NCBI GenBank assembly: GCA_016926735.1
Contig: JAFGOA010000215.1
Coordinates: 20,578 to 84,577, forward strand
Length of the DNA stretch: 64,000 bases
From: Promethearchaeota archaeon
GTDB taxonomy: Archaea > Asgardarchaeota > Lokiarchaeia > Sigyniarchaeales > SOKP01
Direction: 5' to 3'
Each line of letters begins with the position of its first letter. Position 1 is the stretch's first letter. Below are positions 19,167-29,755 of this stretch, piece after piece. The notes beneath the pieces were generated by a model. The model made no database searches. It saw only the letters and a program-made list of their open reading frames with translations, and was not told the DNA's origin. Position numbers and translations under genes: made by a program.

Positions 19167-20246
19167 TTACAACCATTTTTTTTTTTTAAAATATAAAATC
19201 ATTATAATAGCAATAAGAATCATCAATAATATTAAAATTGGATATCCAAATGGAGATTTTAATTCAGGCATATCAAGGAAATTCATTCCATAAAATCCTG
19301 CAAGAAATGATAAGGGTATAAATACTGTAGATATAATAGTAAGTACTTTCATGATATCATTCATTTTGTTGCTTACACTTGATAAATACAGATCTAACAT
19401 TCCGGTAATGATATCTCTACTGTTTTGTAATGAATCATTTATAAGATAAATATGATCATAGATATCCCTTAGATAAAATTGCATTTTTTCACTAGTTAAT
19501 ATTTGATCTTCACGTTGAAATTTATTAATTATTTCTCTTACAGGCCATATCGATTTTCTAATTTCAATAATATTTCTTTTTAATTTATATATAGAATGTA
19601 ATATTTCTATATGAGGTTCTTCTATTAATTTATCTTCTATAAGTTCTATAGTTTCATTAATCGTTTCTTGTATAATTATATAATCATCAATAATAATATC
19701 TAAAAGTGTATATAGTAAATAATCTGCGCCCATCTCTCGAACTCTCCCTTTTGGTATCATAATTCTATCAAATATTGGATTAAAAATATCAGATTCTTGT
19801 TCTCGAAAGGTAATTACATACTTTTTCCCTAAAATTAGACTAATCTGTTCTGTACCAAATACCTTGTCTTCATTATTCCAAATCACTTTTTTTAAAACAA
19901 TAAAAGTAAACTCTCCATAATGTTCATATTTTGGCGCTTGATTTGTATTTAAGATATCCTCTAAGACTAGAGGATGAAAACCAAATAAAAAACCTAAATC
20001 TTCAATTACGTTTATATCTGTTATTCCATCAATAATTATCCATCTAATTTTTAATGAATCTATTTCACTAATTTCTTTTTCTATTTTAAGATATTCTTTT
20101 ATTATATATTCATTTTTATCATAATCTATTACTTTGATCTTTGTATGCTCCATTTTTTTTTCTGCTGTAACTATTAAACTCCCTGGAGGTAAACCAGCCT
20201 TCTTCCTTGATTTTTTTAAGTTTTTTTTTTTACTTATTTTAAAAAT
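19167..20246 (-). CDS. corA: CorA Mg2+/Co2+ transporter; probable ATT start upstream of the annotated ATG 20153
   Basis: FHPLVLEDI, QAPKYE, YLRDIYDH, MKVLTI, GFYGMNF..MPEL. Upstream in-frame KKAGLPPGSL (CorA N-terminal motif) lies between ATG 20153 and an in-frame TGA at 20255. Confidence 0.92.
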   Translation of the reverse strand: MFKISKKKNLKKSRKKAGLPPGSLIVTAEKKMEHTKIKVIDYDKNEYIIKEYLKIEKEISEIDSLKIRWIIIDGITDINVIEDLGFLFGFHPLVLEDILNTNQAPKYEHYGEFTFIVLKKVIWNNEDKVFGTEQISLILGKKYVITFREQESDIFNPIFDRIMIPKGRVREMGADYLLYTLLDIIIDDYIIIQETINETIELIEDKLIEEPHIEILHSIYKLKRNIIEIRKSIWPVREIINKFQREDQILTSEKMQFYLRDIYDHIYLINDSLQNSRDIITGMLDLYLSSVSNKMNDIMKVLTIISTVFIPLSFLAGFYGMNFLDMPELKSPFGYPILILLMILIAIIMILYFKKKKWL

Positions 20247-20394
20247 ATTTTTTCACCAGATTTTATTCTTTTAATGAATTAGATTCTTGATTATGATTTA
20301 TACTAATTTTTTTGTAATATTTAAAATTAATTTTTATTTTAGTTGGTTAAAATAATATCTATATAATAATATTAATTAGAAAAAGAGTCTTTTT

Positions 20395-20799
20395 TTAATA
20401 AGATTCTTTTCGAGTAAGTAGATAAAAATAGAACCCTATCACACCCATTATATAAAATATAAAAACCATTATAATATTATAAATAGCCAGCTGTCCCACA
20501 TATATCATTGATCCAAAATTAAAGGTACCTATAATAAATGAAAAGAAGACCATAATTATCACTAGAAATTTTAAGATTTCTTTATTATTCAAAATTAAAG
20601 CATATATAATGACAAAAATAAGAGTGATATTGTAGATAGTGAGGTATAATGCCCATCCAGAGGGAGCCCAAATAAATGAATCTGAGCTTAATTCTGATAA
20701 TGAAAATTGTATTAATATAGTAAGCGTTATGATTATTATCCATATGAATAAATATAATCTAAAAATATTATCTTTAGAAATTTTTATTTGAATGCTCAT
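20395..20799 (-). CDS. Hypothetical 4-TM membrane protein
   Basis: Four hydrophobic segments; fills the gap between corA and gatB. Confidence 0.6.
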   Translation of the reverse strand: MSIQIKISKDNIFRLYLFIWIIIITLTILIQFSLSELSSDSFIWAPSGWALYLTIYNITLIFVIIYALILNNKEILKFLVIIMVFFSFIIGTFNFGSMIYVGQLAIYNIIMVFIFYIMGVIGFYFYLLTRKESY

Positions 20800-20917
20800 A
20801 TTATTGATTTATTTTTATAAGTATATAAATTTTGTACTATAATAATAAAAATTTTATTTTAAAACCAATTAATTATTTCAAACTATTTGATTTTTTAATT
20901 AATACTATAATATCAAT

Positions 20918-22372
20918 TTGATTTTGATGTCTGAAACTAAAGTTATTATTGGTCTTGAAGTACATATTCAATTGACAAATCTTAATACAAAACTATTCTG
21001 TGGTTGTAATAGTGATTATCGGGGAAAAGAACAAAATACATTAGTTTGTCCAATTTGTTTAGGATTACCAGGTTCACTACCAGTTCTAAATGAAAAGGCA
21101 ATAGAATTTGCAACGAGGTTAGCTCTTGCTTTAAATTGTAAGATAAATGAAGAATTTTGGTTTTTTAGAAAGAATTATTTCTATCCAGATCTTCCTAAAG
21201 CATTTCAAATAAGTCAATATAATAAAGCTGGAGGAAAAGCTTTTGGAGATGGTGGAACTATAAAAATTCGATTAGACGGAGAAAAAAAAGAGATTAACCT
21301 AGATAGAATTCATTTAGAAGAGGATCCTGCAAAATTAGTCCATAAAGGAAGTATTGCGTCATCACCATATACACTTGTGGATTATAATCGTTCTGGAATT
21401 TCACTTATAGAAATAGTATCTCAACCAGTAATGAAATCTCCAGAAGAAGCAAGAGAGTTTTTAAATCAATTAAAATCTATTATACAATATACTGAAATTG
21501 CAGATTTGAATTTGGAAGGATCAGTAAGAGTGGATGCTAATATTTCAATTGAAGGTAATCCTCGTTCAGAGGTTAAGAATATAAATAGTTTTAAAGAAGT
21601 TGAGCGAGCATTAAAATGGGAGATACAAAGGCAACGAAATGCAATAAAACGAGGGAAAGAACTCATTCAAGAAACAAGACATTGGGATGATAAAAGAAGA
21701 ATTACTATTGGATTAAGAACAAAAGAATTTGAGAAAGATTATCGATACTTTCCTGAACAAGATCTAGTTCCAATCAATATAGATGGAAAATATGTGGAAA
21801 ATATAAAAAAGAACCTTCCAGAAATGCCTGATCAACGAATGAAAAGAATTCAGGAACAATATGGATTATCTGAATTTGATTCTGAAATATTAGTTCTTGA
21901 TAAAAATATAGCAGATTTTTTTGAAGAAGGAGTAAAAGAAATTGAAGTATTAGGCCAAGAAGGATTTAAATTATTTTGTAATTGGTTAATGGGAGATATT
22001 TCTCGATGGTTAAATGAAAATAATAAAAATATTAATGAAACACAATTACAACCACATCAAATATCTAAATTAATAGAATATATAGATAAAGGGAAAATAA
22101 CGGGAAAGATTGCAAAAAGCTTTATTAATGATATGATGAAAGGTATTCCTGTAGAGGAAATATTAGAGAAAACAGGTAAACAAAGGATAGCAGATGAAAA
22201 AACGCTCTCTAAAATTATAGATGATGTATTTCAAGAAAACCCCGAAATAGTTAAAGATTATAAAAGAAATCCACGAGCATTAGAAGCATTAATAGGTAAA
22301 TGTATGCAAAAAACTAGAGGACAAGCTGATCCAAATATTACACGCAATTTAATTTTAGAAAAAATTAAATAA
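20918..22372 (+). CDS. gatB: Asp/Glu-tRNA amidotransferase subunit B (likely start ATG 20927)
   Basis: IGLEVH, CPICLGLPGSLP, RKNYFYPDLPK, HLEED, RVDANIS, EVKNINS, QETR, DYRYFPE. Confidence 0.97.
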   Translation: MILMSETKVIIGLEVHIQLTNLNTKLFCGCNSDYRGKEQNTLVCPICLGLPGSLPVLNEKAIEFATRLALALNCKINEEFWFFRKNYFYPDLPKAFQISQYNKAGGKAFGDGGTIKIRLDGEKKEINLDRIHLEEDPAKLVHKGSIASSPYTLVDYNRSGISLIEIVSQPVMKSPEEAREFLNQLKSIIQYTEIADLNLEGSVRVDANISIEGNPRSEVKNINSFKEVERALKWEIQRQRNAIKRGKELIQETRHWDDKRRITIGLRTKEFEKDYRYFPEQDLVPINIDGKYVENIKKNLPEMPDQRMKRIQEQYGLSEFDSEILVLDKNIADFFEEGVKEIEVLGQEGFKLFCNWLMGDISRWLNENNKNINETQLQPHQISKLIEYIDKGKITGKIAKSFINDMMKGIPVEEILEKTGKQRIADEKTLSKIIDDVFQENPEIVKDYKRNPRALEALIGKCMQKTRGQADPNITRNLILEKIK

Positions 22373-22406
22373 ATTTAAAAAAAAAATTATTTATTATTTA
22401 AAATTT

Positions 22407-23153
22407 CTATTGTACAACCGTAATCCACTTATTTTGTGGATAGAGTATATTTGCTATCATCAGTGCGTGAAAAGCATTAGTATAAAAGATTGGATCTAAA
22501 TTAACGGATATGTAATCATAATTATCTATATTATTTTTATATGAATGATCTAGATACATATATACACATGGAAAAGGTAATATTTGAACACCAATTCCGA
22601 ATTTTGCATCCCTATTTCCTCTACAATTTATATGGTATATCCATAATAATATAGTTAACACAATAGCAACTATTATGACTACAGTCACAGCTGCAGCTAT
22701 AGCAACAGTAGTAAGAGAAACTGAAGAAGCGATTAGGCTTATTAAGGGGACGACTATTGTACTGAACGCAGAATGGCCTGAGGCCACACCAATTGCAAAA
22801 TTGAGTAGACTTAATCCAGATAAGGCCATATTTACTGCAGAAATTCCTGTGGAAATAATTGCATTTGCAAGATTTAAATCTAAATTAAACCATAATACAT
22901 ATAAGCTATACATAAAAGATGTTAATACATAATGTTTAAATGCAAAACTATGTTCCGATTCTGATACTGATTGAGATGTCTTAAGAGCAGAGCTAAAATC
23001 ATCTAATTCTGATATATTCTCTTCAGATTGAGTACTTGTTAGCGAGGTTATAAGTACACCACTTATAGAAGATATTAGAATTATTGATACTAAAAGACTA
23101 ATTTTTATTGCACTTCTTCTTTCAATTAATTTCTCATTTATTTTAAAATTCAT
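22407..23153 (-). CDS. Hypothetical exported/membrane protein with long Ala/Ser/Val-rich hydrophobic core
   Basis: ERRSAIK + hydrophobic N-terminal segment, acidic linker, ~80-aa nearly uncharged stretch. Confidence 0.6.
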   Translation of the reverse strand: MNFKINEKLIERRSAIKISLLVSIILISSISGVLITSLTSTQSEENISELDDFSSALKTSQSVSESEHSFAFKHYVLTSFMYSLYVLWFNLDLNLANAIISTGISAVNMALSGLSLLNFAIGVASGHSAFSTIVVPLISLIASSVSLTTVAIAAAVTVVIIVAIVLTILLWIYHINCRGNRDAKFGIGVQILPFPCVYMYLDHSYKNNIDNYDYISVNLDPIFYTNAFHALMIANILYPQNKWITVVQ

Positions 23154-23295
23154 ATTTTTTCGCCTATTTATTATATTAGTTAATTTTTAGAACGTTATTA
23201 TAAATTCATTGATATCGTTATATAAATCGATCAGGTCTAGGTTTTTCCAAAAATTTAGAATAAGTATTTATGAGGTTTTTTTTATTCAAATAGAC

Positions 23296-24603
23296 TTAGC
23301 TAAGCTTATTTTTATCTTTTTGACTTCTATATTTAGAATCTATTTTATCTACTTTATCTTTCAGTTCATTATATAAATCAAGAAACTCAGAAGAGACACA
23401 GATAGGAGTTTTTCCTAATTCATCAATTATCAAATTATACTCTTTTTCATTAGTAAAAATATTCTTAAATTTATTTTCTATTTGCTGAGGAACTTTCCCA
23501 TATTCAGATGATAAAATATATTCACTCTCATCTCTGATAAATTCAGAAGGTATGTGAGCAAAATATTTTTTTATTAAATTATATGCTTCCTTATATTCGT
23601 TCATATCTATGCATGATTTTTTTAATAGTCTTTTGAATTCTTTTTCAAAATCATTTGAAAAATTAACTAAGCATTCTCTTAATATTTTTGATGTTTTTGA
23701 GGCAATTAAACCTACTGTAATATATTCTGTTCTATTTAATGTGAGTATACCATTAAAAAGATTAATATCTATTAGACCTCCTCTTCTCATTATTTCTTCG
23801 CTCATTACCTCTACTGCATTAAGAAATCCTGTGAACATTATCTCATTTATATCTGAATCAGACCAATCAAAATCAAATAATGGATTTCCATCATGATCTC
23901 TTACAATAATTCTAAAAACTTTATAACGCAATACAAAGAGAAGTTTTGGCTCCTGATAAAGCCTTAAGACTCCAATTGAAAATCCAATTACTAATGGAAT
24001 ATTTAAAAATGTATAAAAATATGGTTCAATATAATGTATAAAAATAATTAAGATAGCTCCAATTGTTGCAATATTTGTACCCATAAAAATTTGAAAGCCT
24101 TTTTTTTTTATTGGAAGAGGTGCACTCATCCAAGTTTTAAATCCCCAAAAGAAAACATAACAAGCAATAAAAATATGATAAAGCAAAATTATAATTAAAA
24201 ATAATCCCATCCATGACGTTCTTAAATACCCATATATGCTTGTTATTTGAACTGCTTCAGGTTGTATTCCTAAATATATAAGAAGTATACCTAGACTACA
24301 TATAATTACAAAATAACTGGAAAAAATCGTTTCTTTCATTGTATAATTAACAAAAATAGCAACAAAAAATGCAAGAGGAAACCATAATATTCCACTTATA
24401 CGGGCAAAGATATTATTTTCAAATAATAAGGAAAATATATTGAATAAATTCATAATACCAAATAATCCCGCAACTATACTATAATAAAGAATAGAAGGTA
24501 TTTTCAAAGATCTTGATCTAATTTGAAATAAAATTGTTGCTAAAATTGAAAGAGTAGCCATTAAAATTCCGTTAATAATTTCCAATATAAATAATATTTC
24601 CAT
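23296..24603 (-). CDS. 7TM membrane protein fused to a cytoplasmic longin-like domain
   Basis: ~7 TMs in aa 1-215, then RIIVRDHDGNPLF..MFTGFLNAVEVMSEEI..LIDINL..TVGLIAS..LVNFSNDFEKEF. Confidence 0.65.
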   Translation of the reverse strand: MEILFILEIINGILMATLSILATILFQIRSRSLKIPSILYYSIVAGLFGIMNLFNIFSLLFENNIFARISGILWFPLAFFVAIFVNYTMKETIFSSYFVIICSLGILLIYLGIQPEAVQITSIYGYLRTSWMGLFLIIILLYHIFIACYVFFWGFKTWMSAPLPIKKKGFQIFMGTNIATIGAILIIFIHYIEPYFYTFLNIPLVIGFSIGVLRLYQEPKLLFVLRYKVFRIIVRDHDGNPLFDFDWSDSDINEIMFTGFLNAVEVMSEEIMRRGGLIDINLFNGILTLNRTEYITVGLIASKTSKILRECLVNFSNDFEKEFKRLLKKSCIDMNEYKEAYNLIKKYFAHIPSEFIRDESEYILSSEYGKVPQQIENKFKNIFTNEKEYNLIIDELGKTPICVSSEFLDLYNELKDKVDKIDSKYRSQKDKNKLS

Positions 24604-24640
24604 TTTTAAACTCCTTTATTTTGTTATATCATCTAAAATT

Positions 24641-25360
24641 TTACTTTTTTACTAAATTTTCATTCAAATTTTCTCTTAATTTTGGAGAAAGCATGATCAA
24701 TTTTTCAGGTTTATCGAAAAATTGGATTATATCTTGGTTTAAGAAATTTTTAATTCTATAATTGACATTTTCCCTTTTTTCATTTATCATTTTATAAATA
24801 TTTGGTTTCTTTAGATGTGCATGATTGAGTAATAGTCTAATAATTTTCCTATTGAGCTCATCTTTCATAAGGAAATTCAATATACATAAGTTTTTATCTA
24901 ATTCTTCTGGAATAAAGAGGGTATGATTTCCAATTTTAACTTTTTTAATATAATTAAATTTAAGTAACATCTCTAGATGCCATATAAGTTGGCCTCCACT
25001 ACCAGACTTGCTTGTAAATACATTTTCTCTAATATATGTAAATGTAGCACCTTGATTTTTATATATTACTTTAACAATCTTTTTTCTATAGAGATTTGAT
25101 AAGATTGTTTCTTTTGTATGCTTAGAACCATTTATCAAAATTTTATTATTAATTAAGAATTGAATGATTTCTAAAATACGTGTTCCTCGTAATTCTAATT
25201 GTTTTACAGCGATATCATAAAGATTTTTGATTTTGAGCACTCTATTTTTGCTTATCATTTCTTGAGCAATTGTAATAACCTTCTGTACATGGGAATGGTC
25301 TAAAGCTAATGAACCACTTCTATTATTCTGTTTGGTTTCAATTCTATTAAAGTTCATCAT
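24641..25360 (-). CDS. Double winged-helix regulator
   Basis: RKKIVKVIYKNQG..GQLIWHLEMLLKFNYI; second HTH RKIIRLLL..NVNYRIK. Confidence 0.75.
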   Translation of the reverse strand: MMNFNRIETKQNNRSGSLALDHSHVQKVITIAQEMISKNRVLKIKNLYDIAVKQLELRGTRILEIIQFLINNKILINGSKHTKETILSNLYRKKIVKVIYKNQGATFTYIRENVFTSKSGSGGQLIWHLEMLLKFNYIKKVKIGNHTLFIPEELDKNLCILNFLMKDELNRKIIRLLLNHAHLKKPNIYKMINEKRENVNYRIKNFLNQDIIQFFDKPEKLIMLSPKLRENLNENLVKK

Positions 25361-25573
25361 CTCTTACGTATAGGTATTATTAGAACATTTGATTTATAAA
25401 ATTTTTGGATATATAGTCTTGAAACTTAATATTGATAATTGTAATTTAATATATGGAAAAATATTCCTTTAAATATAAATTTGAGAAATCTTAAGTTTAA
25501 ACTTTTATTTTAGATAATGATAAATCATCATAATCTATACTATTTGAGAAAATAATAAAGATAAAAAGAAATT

Positions 25574-25924
25574 TTAAAGTTTTGCTTCCAAAGATTTAGT
25601 AGCAGAATGTAATTTTAGATTGATAATTCCTAATTTAGCATCAACGGTAGTGATGATACAAAGAATATTACCTTTTACTTCCGAAAACAATATTTTACCA
25701 TTTTCACTTTCGATAATTGCATTATTAAATTTTCCTTGTTCTAATTCTTTAGTTGCTCTCTGACTTGCTTTAAGAATAAGGGTTACCATTGCTGCTACAG
25801 CATCCGGATCAATCCATCCGGGTACTGCACTACCTTTAATTAAACCAAATTTTTCAATTAAAGCTGCTCCATGAACACCTTTTATTGATTTTAAACTCTC
25901 AAGAACTGCTCCTATTTCACTCAT
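25574..25924 (-). CDS. Roadblock/LC7 (MglB-like) domain protein
   Basis: LESLKSIKGVHGAALI..G, AVAAM, ELEQG, IIESENGKI, KLGIINL. Confidence 0.9.
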   Translation of the reverse strand: MSEIGAVLESLKSIKGVHGAALIEKFGLIKGSAVPGWIDPDAVAAMVTLILKASQRATKELEQGKFNNAIIESENGKILFSEVKGNILCIITTVDAKLGIINLKLHSATKSLEAKL

Positions 25925-26205
25925 TTATCTCAATTTTACTAATCTATATTAATTTATATATTTCAATTAATTGTTATGTTTTATATTCTTTTCTATCTTT
26001 ATTTCTTTTTTTAATTATTATATAAATGTTAGAGAATTTTTAAAATTATAATTAATTACATATTATTATTTAGTATTTCTTTTTTAACCCCATATTGTAT
26101 ATTGGATAAAATATTTAAAGAATTCCATAGGAAATAAAGAAACCTTTTATATTATTTATTCCTAAATTTATATATTTAACTTTGTCAAAGAGTAAATAGA
26201 TTATA

Positions 26206-26841
26206 ATGAAAAAGAAAACTATTCGAAATATTGAGGAAGTATCTAATGAATATTATATAGAATTCATGAAAGGTGCAAAACTAATGCATCAATTATGTAT
26301 AGACTTTACAAAACAGAAATTAAATAAAAATAATTTGAATACGGTAATAGAATGTGAAAGTCATTGTGATAGAATAAAGGAAGAATATATAGAAATTCTT
26401 TTTAAAAGTAAAAGAGCATTACCCTTTTTAGTCGAAGATCGTTATAAGATTATTACATATGTTGACCAGGTTTTAGGAAGAATTGAATACTTTTCACGAT
26501 TTTTAAAAATATATCCTTTTAATTTAGATAAAGATTATATCAAACAATTTAAGGAACTTTCAGACATAATACTAACAATAATAGAAGAATTGGTTAAAAC
26601 CTTACATCTTATAGAAAATAATTTCGATGAAGCTTTCAAAAAGACCTATACAATTCAAACCCAACGTCGAGATGCAAGAAAGATAAGATTTTCATTGTTA
26701 GAAAATATTTATAAAAATTCTGATGCAAATAAATTATTTTTAACATCTGAATTAGTTAATAATCTGTATCATATTGCGGGATTTATAGAGGATATTGCGG
26801 ATTATTTAAGAGGATTAATTATAAAATACCCTAGTAGATAA
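26206..26841 (+). CDS. DUF47/PhoU-like phosphate transport regulator
   Basis: ESHCDRIK, LPFLVEDR, IEDIAD; directly upstream of a PiT transporter. Confidence 0.85.
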   Translation: MKKKTIRNIEEVSNEYYIEFMKGAKLMHQLCIDFTKQKLNKNNLNTVIECESHCDRIKEEYIEILFKSKRALPFLVEDRYKIITYVDQVLGRIEYFSRFLKIYPFNLDKDYIKQFKELSDIILTIIEELVKTLHLIENNFDEAFKKTYTIQTQRRDARKIRFSLLENIYKNSDANKLFLTSELVNNLYHIAGFIEDIADYLRGLIIKYPSR

Positions 26842-26857
26842 TATAGGAGGTTTTTTA

Positions 26858-27838
26858 ATGAATACATTTTCTATTCTCTCTATTTTTATTTTAATTTCAA
26901 TTTTGATTTCTTTTGCTATAGGTGCAAATGATGAAACATTTTCAACAGTTCATGGATCTAAAACATTAACTATGAGAGAGATTCTAATTTTTGCTACGAT
27001 ATTAGCAATTTTAGGTACATTCTTGTTAGGAAGAGCAGTAAGCGATACAGTAGGAAATAAATTATTTGGATCTGGAATTTCAGATATTACAGAAAATATG
27101 GTTTTAACAGTACTTATTTCCACTTCAATATGGTTAATAATTTCTTCTTATTTGGGAGCTCCTATATCTACAACGCATTCAACAATAGGTAGTATTATGG
27201 GTGTTGGCATTTTAATTGGTGGATTAAATGGTGTTGCTTGGTTAAAGATCCTTGAAATGAGTTTTTGGTGGGTATTATCTCCTATTATAGGATTTGCAGT
27301 TACTTATATCGTATATAAACTCCTCCATAAATATATTATTAATAGATTAAAAGGATTCAAGGATTTTGAAAAAACAGAAAGAATTTTTGCTTATATTTTG
27401 CTAATTACTATTGGTTTGACAGCATTTTCCCGAGCTGGTAATGATTGTTCTAATGCTGTTGGAATAGTTATAGGTTTAGATACAGATATTAGCATAGACT
27501 TAATATTATTCATCACAGGAATTAGTCTTTCTTTAGGAATTATTATGTTAGGAAGAACTGTTATTAAAAGCGTAGGGAATTTAACAGAATTGGTTCCGAG
27601 TTCTGCATTCGCTAGCGAAGTACCTACAGCAGGTATTTTATTTATTGGAACATTTCTAGGAATACCTTTATCTGGTTCTCATATGTTGGTTGCTTCATTG
27701 GTTGGATTATCTAAAGCAAGGAAAGCACCAAGAAAAGGAGGTTTGATCAAAATCATAATAATTTGGATTCTTACATTTCCTATGGCAGCTTTATTAGCAA
27801 TTGGATTATATTATCCTATTAGTTTAATCTCTTTTTAA
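26858..27838 (+). CDS. PiT-family inorganic phosphate transporter
   Basis: GANDE and AGNDCSNA signatures, PISTTHS, GIPLSGSH. Confidence 0.92.
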   Translation: MNTFSILSIFILISILISFAIGANDETFSTVHGSKTLTMREILIFATILAILGTFLLGRAVSDTVGNKLFGSGISDITENMVLTVLISTSIWLIISSYLGAPISTTHSTIGSIMGVGILIGGLNGVAWLKILEMSFWWVLSPIIGFAVTYIVYKLLHKYIINRLKGFKDFEKTERIFAYILLITIGLTAFSRAGNDCSNAVGIVIGLDTDISIDLILFITGISLSLGIIMLGRTVIKSVGNLTELVPSSAFASEVPTAGILFIGTFLGIPLSGSHMLVASLVGLSKARKAPRKGGLIKIIIIWILTFPMAALLAIGLYYPISLISF

Positions 27839-27918
27839 TCATGAAAAATTTAGTATAAAGTTATAAATCTTCTTCCTTTTTAATTAGTATATTCTATTTA
27901 TTAGTATAGGTCTTTAAA

Positions 27919-28251
27919 ATGAGTACGAGATCTCAAAACCCTGACATCGAAAAGATAGTCTATATTTTAGCTTTACTAGGAAGTATTATTGCCATACTTG
28001 AGGCAGCAATTGGACTTTCTCATATTAATCTTCCAAATCTAGATTATAATCTTGTTGCTTATATTGTTGCAATAATTATTGCTATTCTTGCTCTTTTTAG
28101 TACATTGAAACCTAATGATCCGATTCCCTATCATTGGATTGTATTATTTATATTTTCAATTTTACTGATAATTCTAGGAAGTATTATTGGTGGAATTATG
28201 ATTTTAATTGCTGCAATATTAGCTTTATTAGCAGAAAATAAAGTTATCTAA
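27919..28251 (+). CDS. Small membrane protein
   Basis: 3-4 TMs, GGIMILIAAIL C-terminal motif. Confidence 0.65.
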   Translation: MSTRSQNPDIEKIVYILALLGSIIAILEAAIGLSHINLPNLDYNLVAYIVAIIIAILALFSTLKPNDPIPYHWIVLFIFSILLIILGSIIGGIMILIAAILALLAENKVI

Positions 28252-28258
28252 ATTTTTT

Positions 28259-28696
28259 CTAGTTATTTTTATTATTTTTTAAAAATATTTGTCTTAAAAA
28301 GTTATCACTCTTTATTATCGATTTCCTACAATAAAATAAATGACTTTTACACTTGCAATCAGAGCTACCGAAATTTAATATATAACATTCAGAAGATTTA
28401 TTCAAATCTTTTGCTATTAAACATTCTAATTTTGTCTTGGAAGGGATTAAATATATTTTTCTCAAACATACATTATTATTCTTTAATAAATAATCTATAT
28501 GCCAATGTATCTTTTTTAATTCTGAATCTTTTATATGTCTTTTTACTCTATTCATTAAAGTGGAGGATCCTTTATTCCCCATAGCTGATCCAACATATAT
28601 ATAATATCCAGATTCAAAATTAATATTGCCAAGAGAACCTATTTTTATATTTGAATTACACCTAATAAATAAAATTAGGAGATATGTACCCTTCAT
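28259..28696 (-). CDS. DUF123 / GIY-YIG (Uri superfamily) endonuclease
   Basis: KGTY, GYYIYVGSA, RVKRH, HWHIDYLL, FGSSDCKCKSHL. Confidence 0.9.
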   Translation of the reverse strand: MKGTYLLILFIRCNSNIKIGSLGNINFESGYYIYVGSAMGNKGSSTLMNRVKRHIKDSELKKIHWHIDYLLKNNNVCLRKIYLIPSKTKLECLIAKDLNKSSECYILNFGSSDCKCKSHLFYCRKSIIKSDNFLRQIFLKNNKNN

Positions 28697-28854
28697 CTCA
28701 AAATATTAATGCAAATATACTATTACAATTTATTGAAAAGTTGAAATAATATAAAATTAAGTCTAAAAATAGTTTTTTCTATACTTAATAAACATTAATT
28801 TAATAAATTTTCGAGCATATATATAAATGATAACCAAAAAAAGGTGATATAACT

Positions 28855-29049
28855 ATTAGAGTTAGAGCCTGTAATAAATGTAAAGAATATATATCAATTG
28901 ATGTAGAAGATCTCACAGGACAGGAAATGGTACAAGAATTTGATGGAGCTCATCGTAATCATACTGTTGTAACTGTGAATCTTAAAGAAGTTGAAAAAGA
29001 TTTCGAAAATGTAGAAGAGAAAATAAGATCAGCTTTTATTGAAATTTAA
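28855..29049 (+). CDS. Unannotated 64-aa CxxC..HxxH zinc-finger-like protein; probable ATT start
   Basis: AGGTGA at 28842-28847, ATT at 28855: (M)RVRACNKCKEYISIDVEDLTGQEMVQEFDGAHRNHTVVTVNLKEVEKDFENVEEKIRSAFIEI*; in-frame stop at 28831. Confidence 0.7.
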   Translation: MRVRACNKCKEYISIDVEDLTGQEMVQEFDGAHRNHTVVTVNLKEVEKDFENVEEKIRSAFIEI

Positions 29050-29111
29050 AAAAATATAGATCTTCTATTATCTTTATTTTATCTTTTTAAAAAGTAATAA
29101 TATATACTTAT

Positions 29112-29639
29112 TTATAGCATTTTATTTTTAATTTCTCTTACCATCTTTAACCCATCACTATTAATTTCAGATAATAATTCACGGAGGATATCATTTATTT
29201 CAATGCCTTTCAACTCACATGAAATATAGAGGAGGGATAGAATCTCACGCGAAAGTATTCTTAGATTTTTAATATCCTCTATAGGAATGCGAATACCTAA
29301 AGATTTTAGATCATTATGAGTTTCTTTTTCCTGTTGTCTTATTGTAATTAAAAAATCATTCTTACGACCTTTCCATTCTTCTGAAATTCCTCTTATAGAT
29401 AAAATATATCTTTTTGTAGGGCTCCCAATTCCCATAACGTCTTTTGCGAACTCTAAAGGTACAGAATTATTTAAAGATTTTAATCCAAAAGATCTATTGA
29501 TTTTATTACTTTTATCTAATTTTTCTTTTAATTGACTTACTTCATTAGTTAATTTTTCAACAGTTAGAGATAATTTTTCAAATTTTTTCAATAATATTTC
29601 TTCAATACTTTTTTTGTTTAAAGTATTCAAATACAACAC
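29112..29639 (-). CDS. Hypothetical protein (N-terminal coiled coil, possible PC4/Pur-like domain)
   Basis: Heptads KFEKLSLTVEKLTNEVSQLKEKL; FLITIRQ..LGIRIPIEDI. Confidence 0.55.
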   Translation of the reverse strand: MLYLNTLNKKSIEEILLKKFEKLSLTVEKLTNEVSQLKEKLDKSNKINRSFGLKSLNNSVPLEFAKDVMGIGSPTKRYILSIRGISEEWKGRKNDFLITIRQQEKETHNDLKSLGIRIPIEDIKNLRILSREILSLLYISCELKGIEINDILRELLSEINSDGLKMVREIKNKML

Positions 29640-29755
29640 TTAAATTTTTTATTTGATAGTAATTAGAAATAACAATTAAAAAAGCTTGTTAATATTATAT
29701 TAATCTGTGCTAAATTAATAATTTATAAAACTAACAAAAAATGATGTGATTTCAG

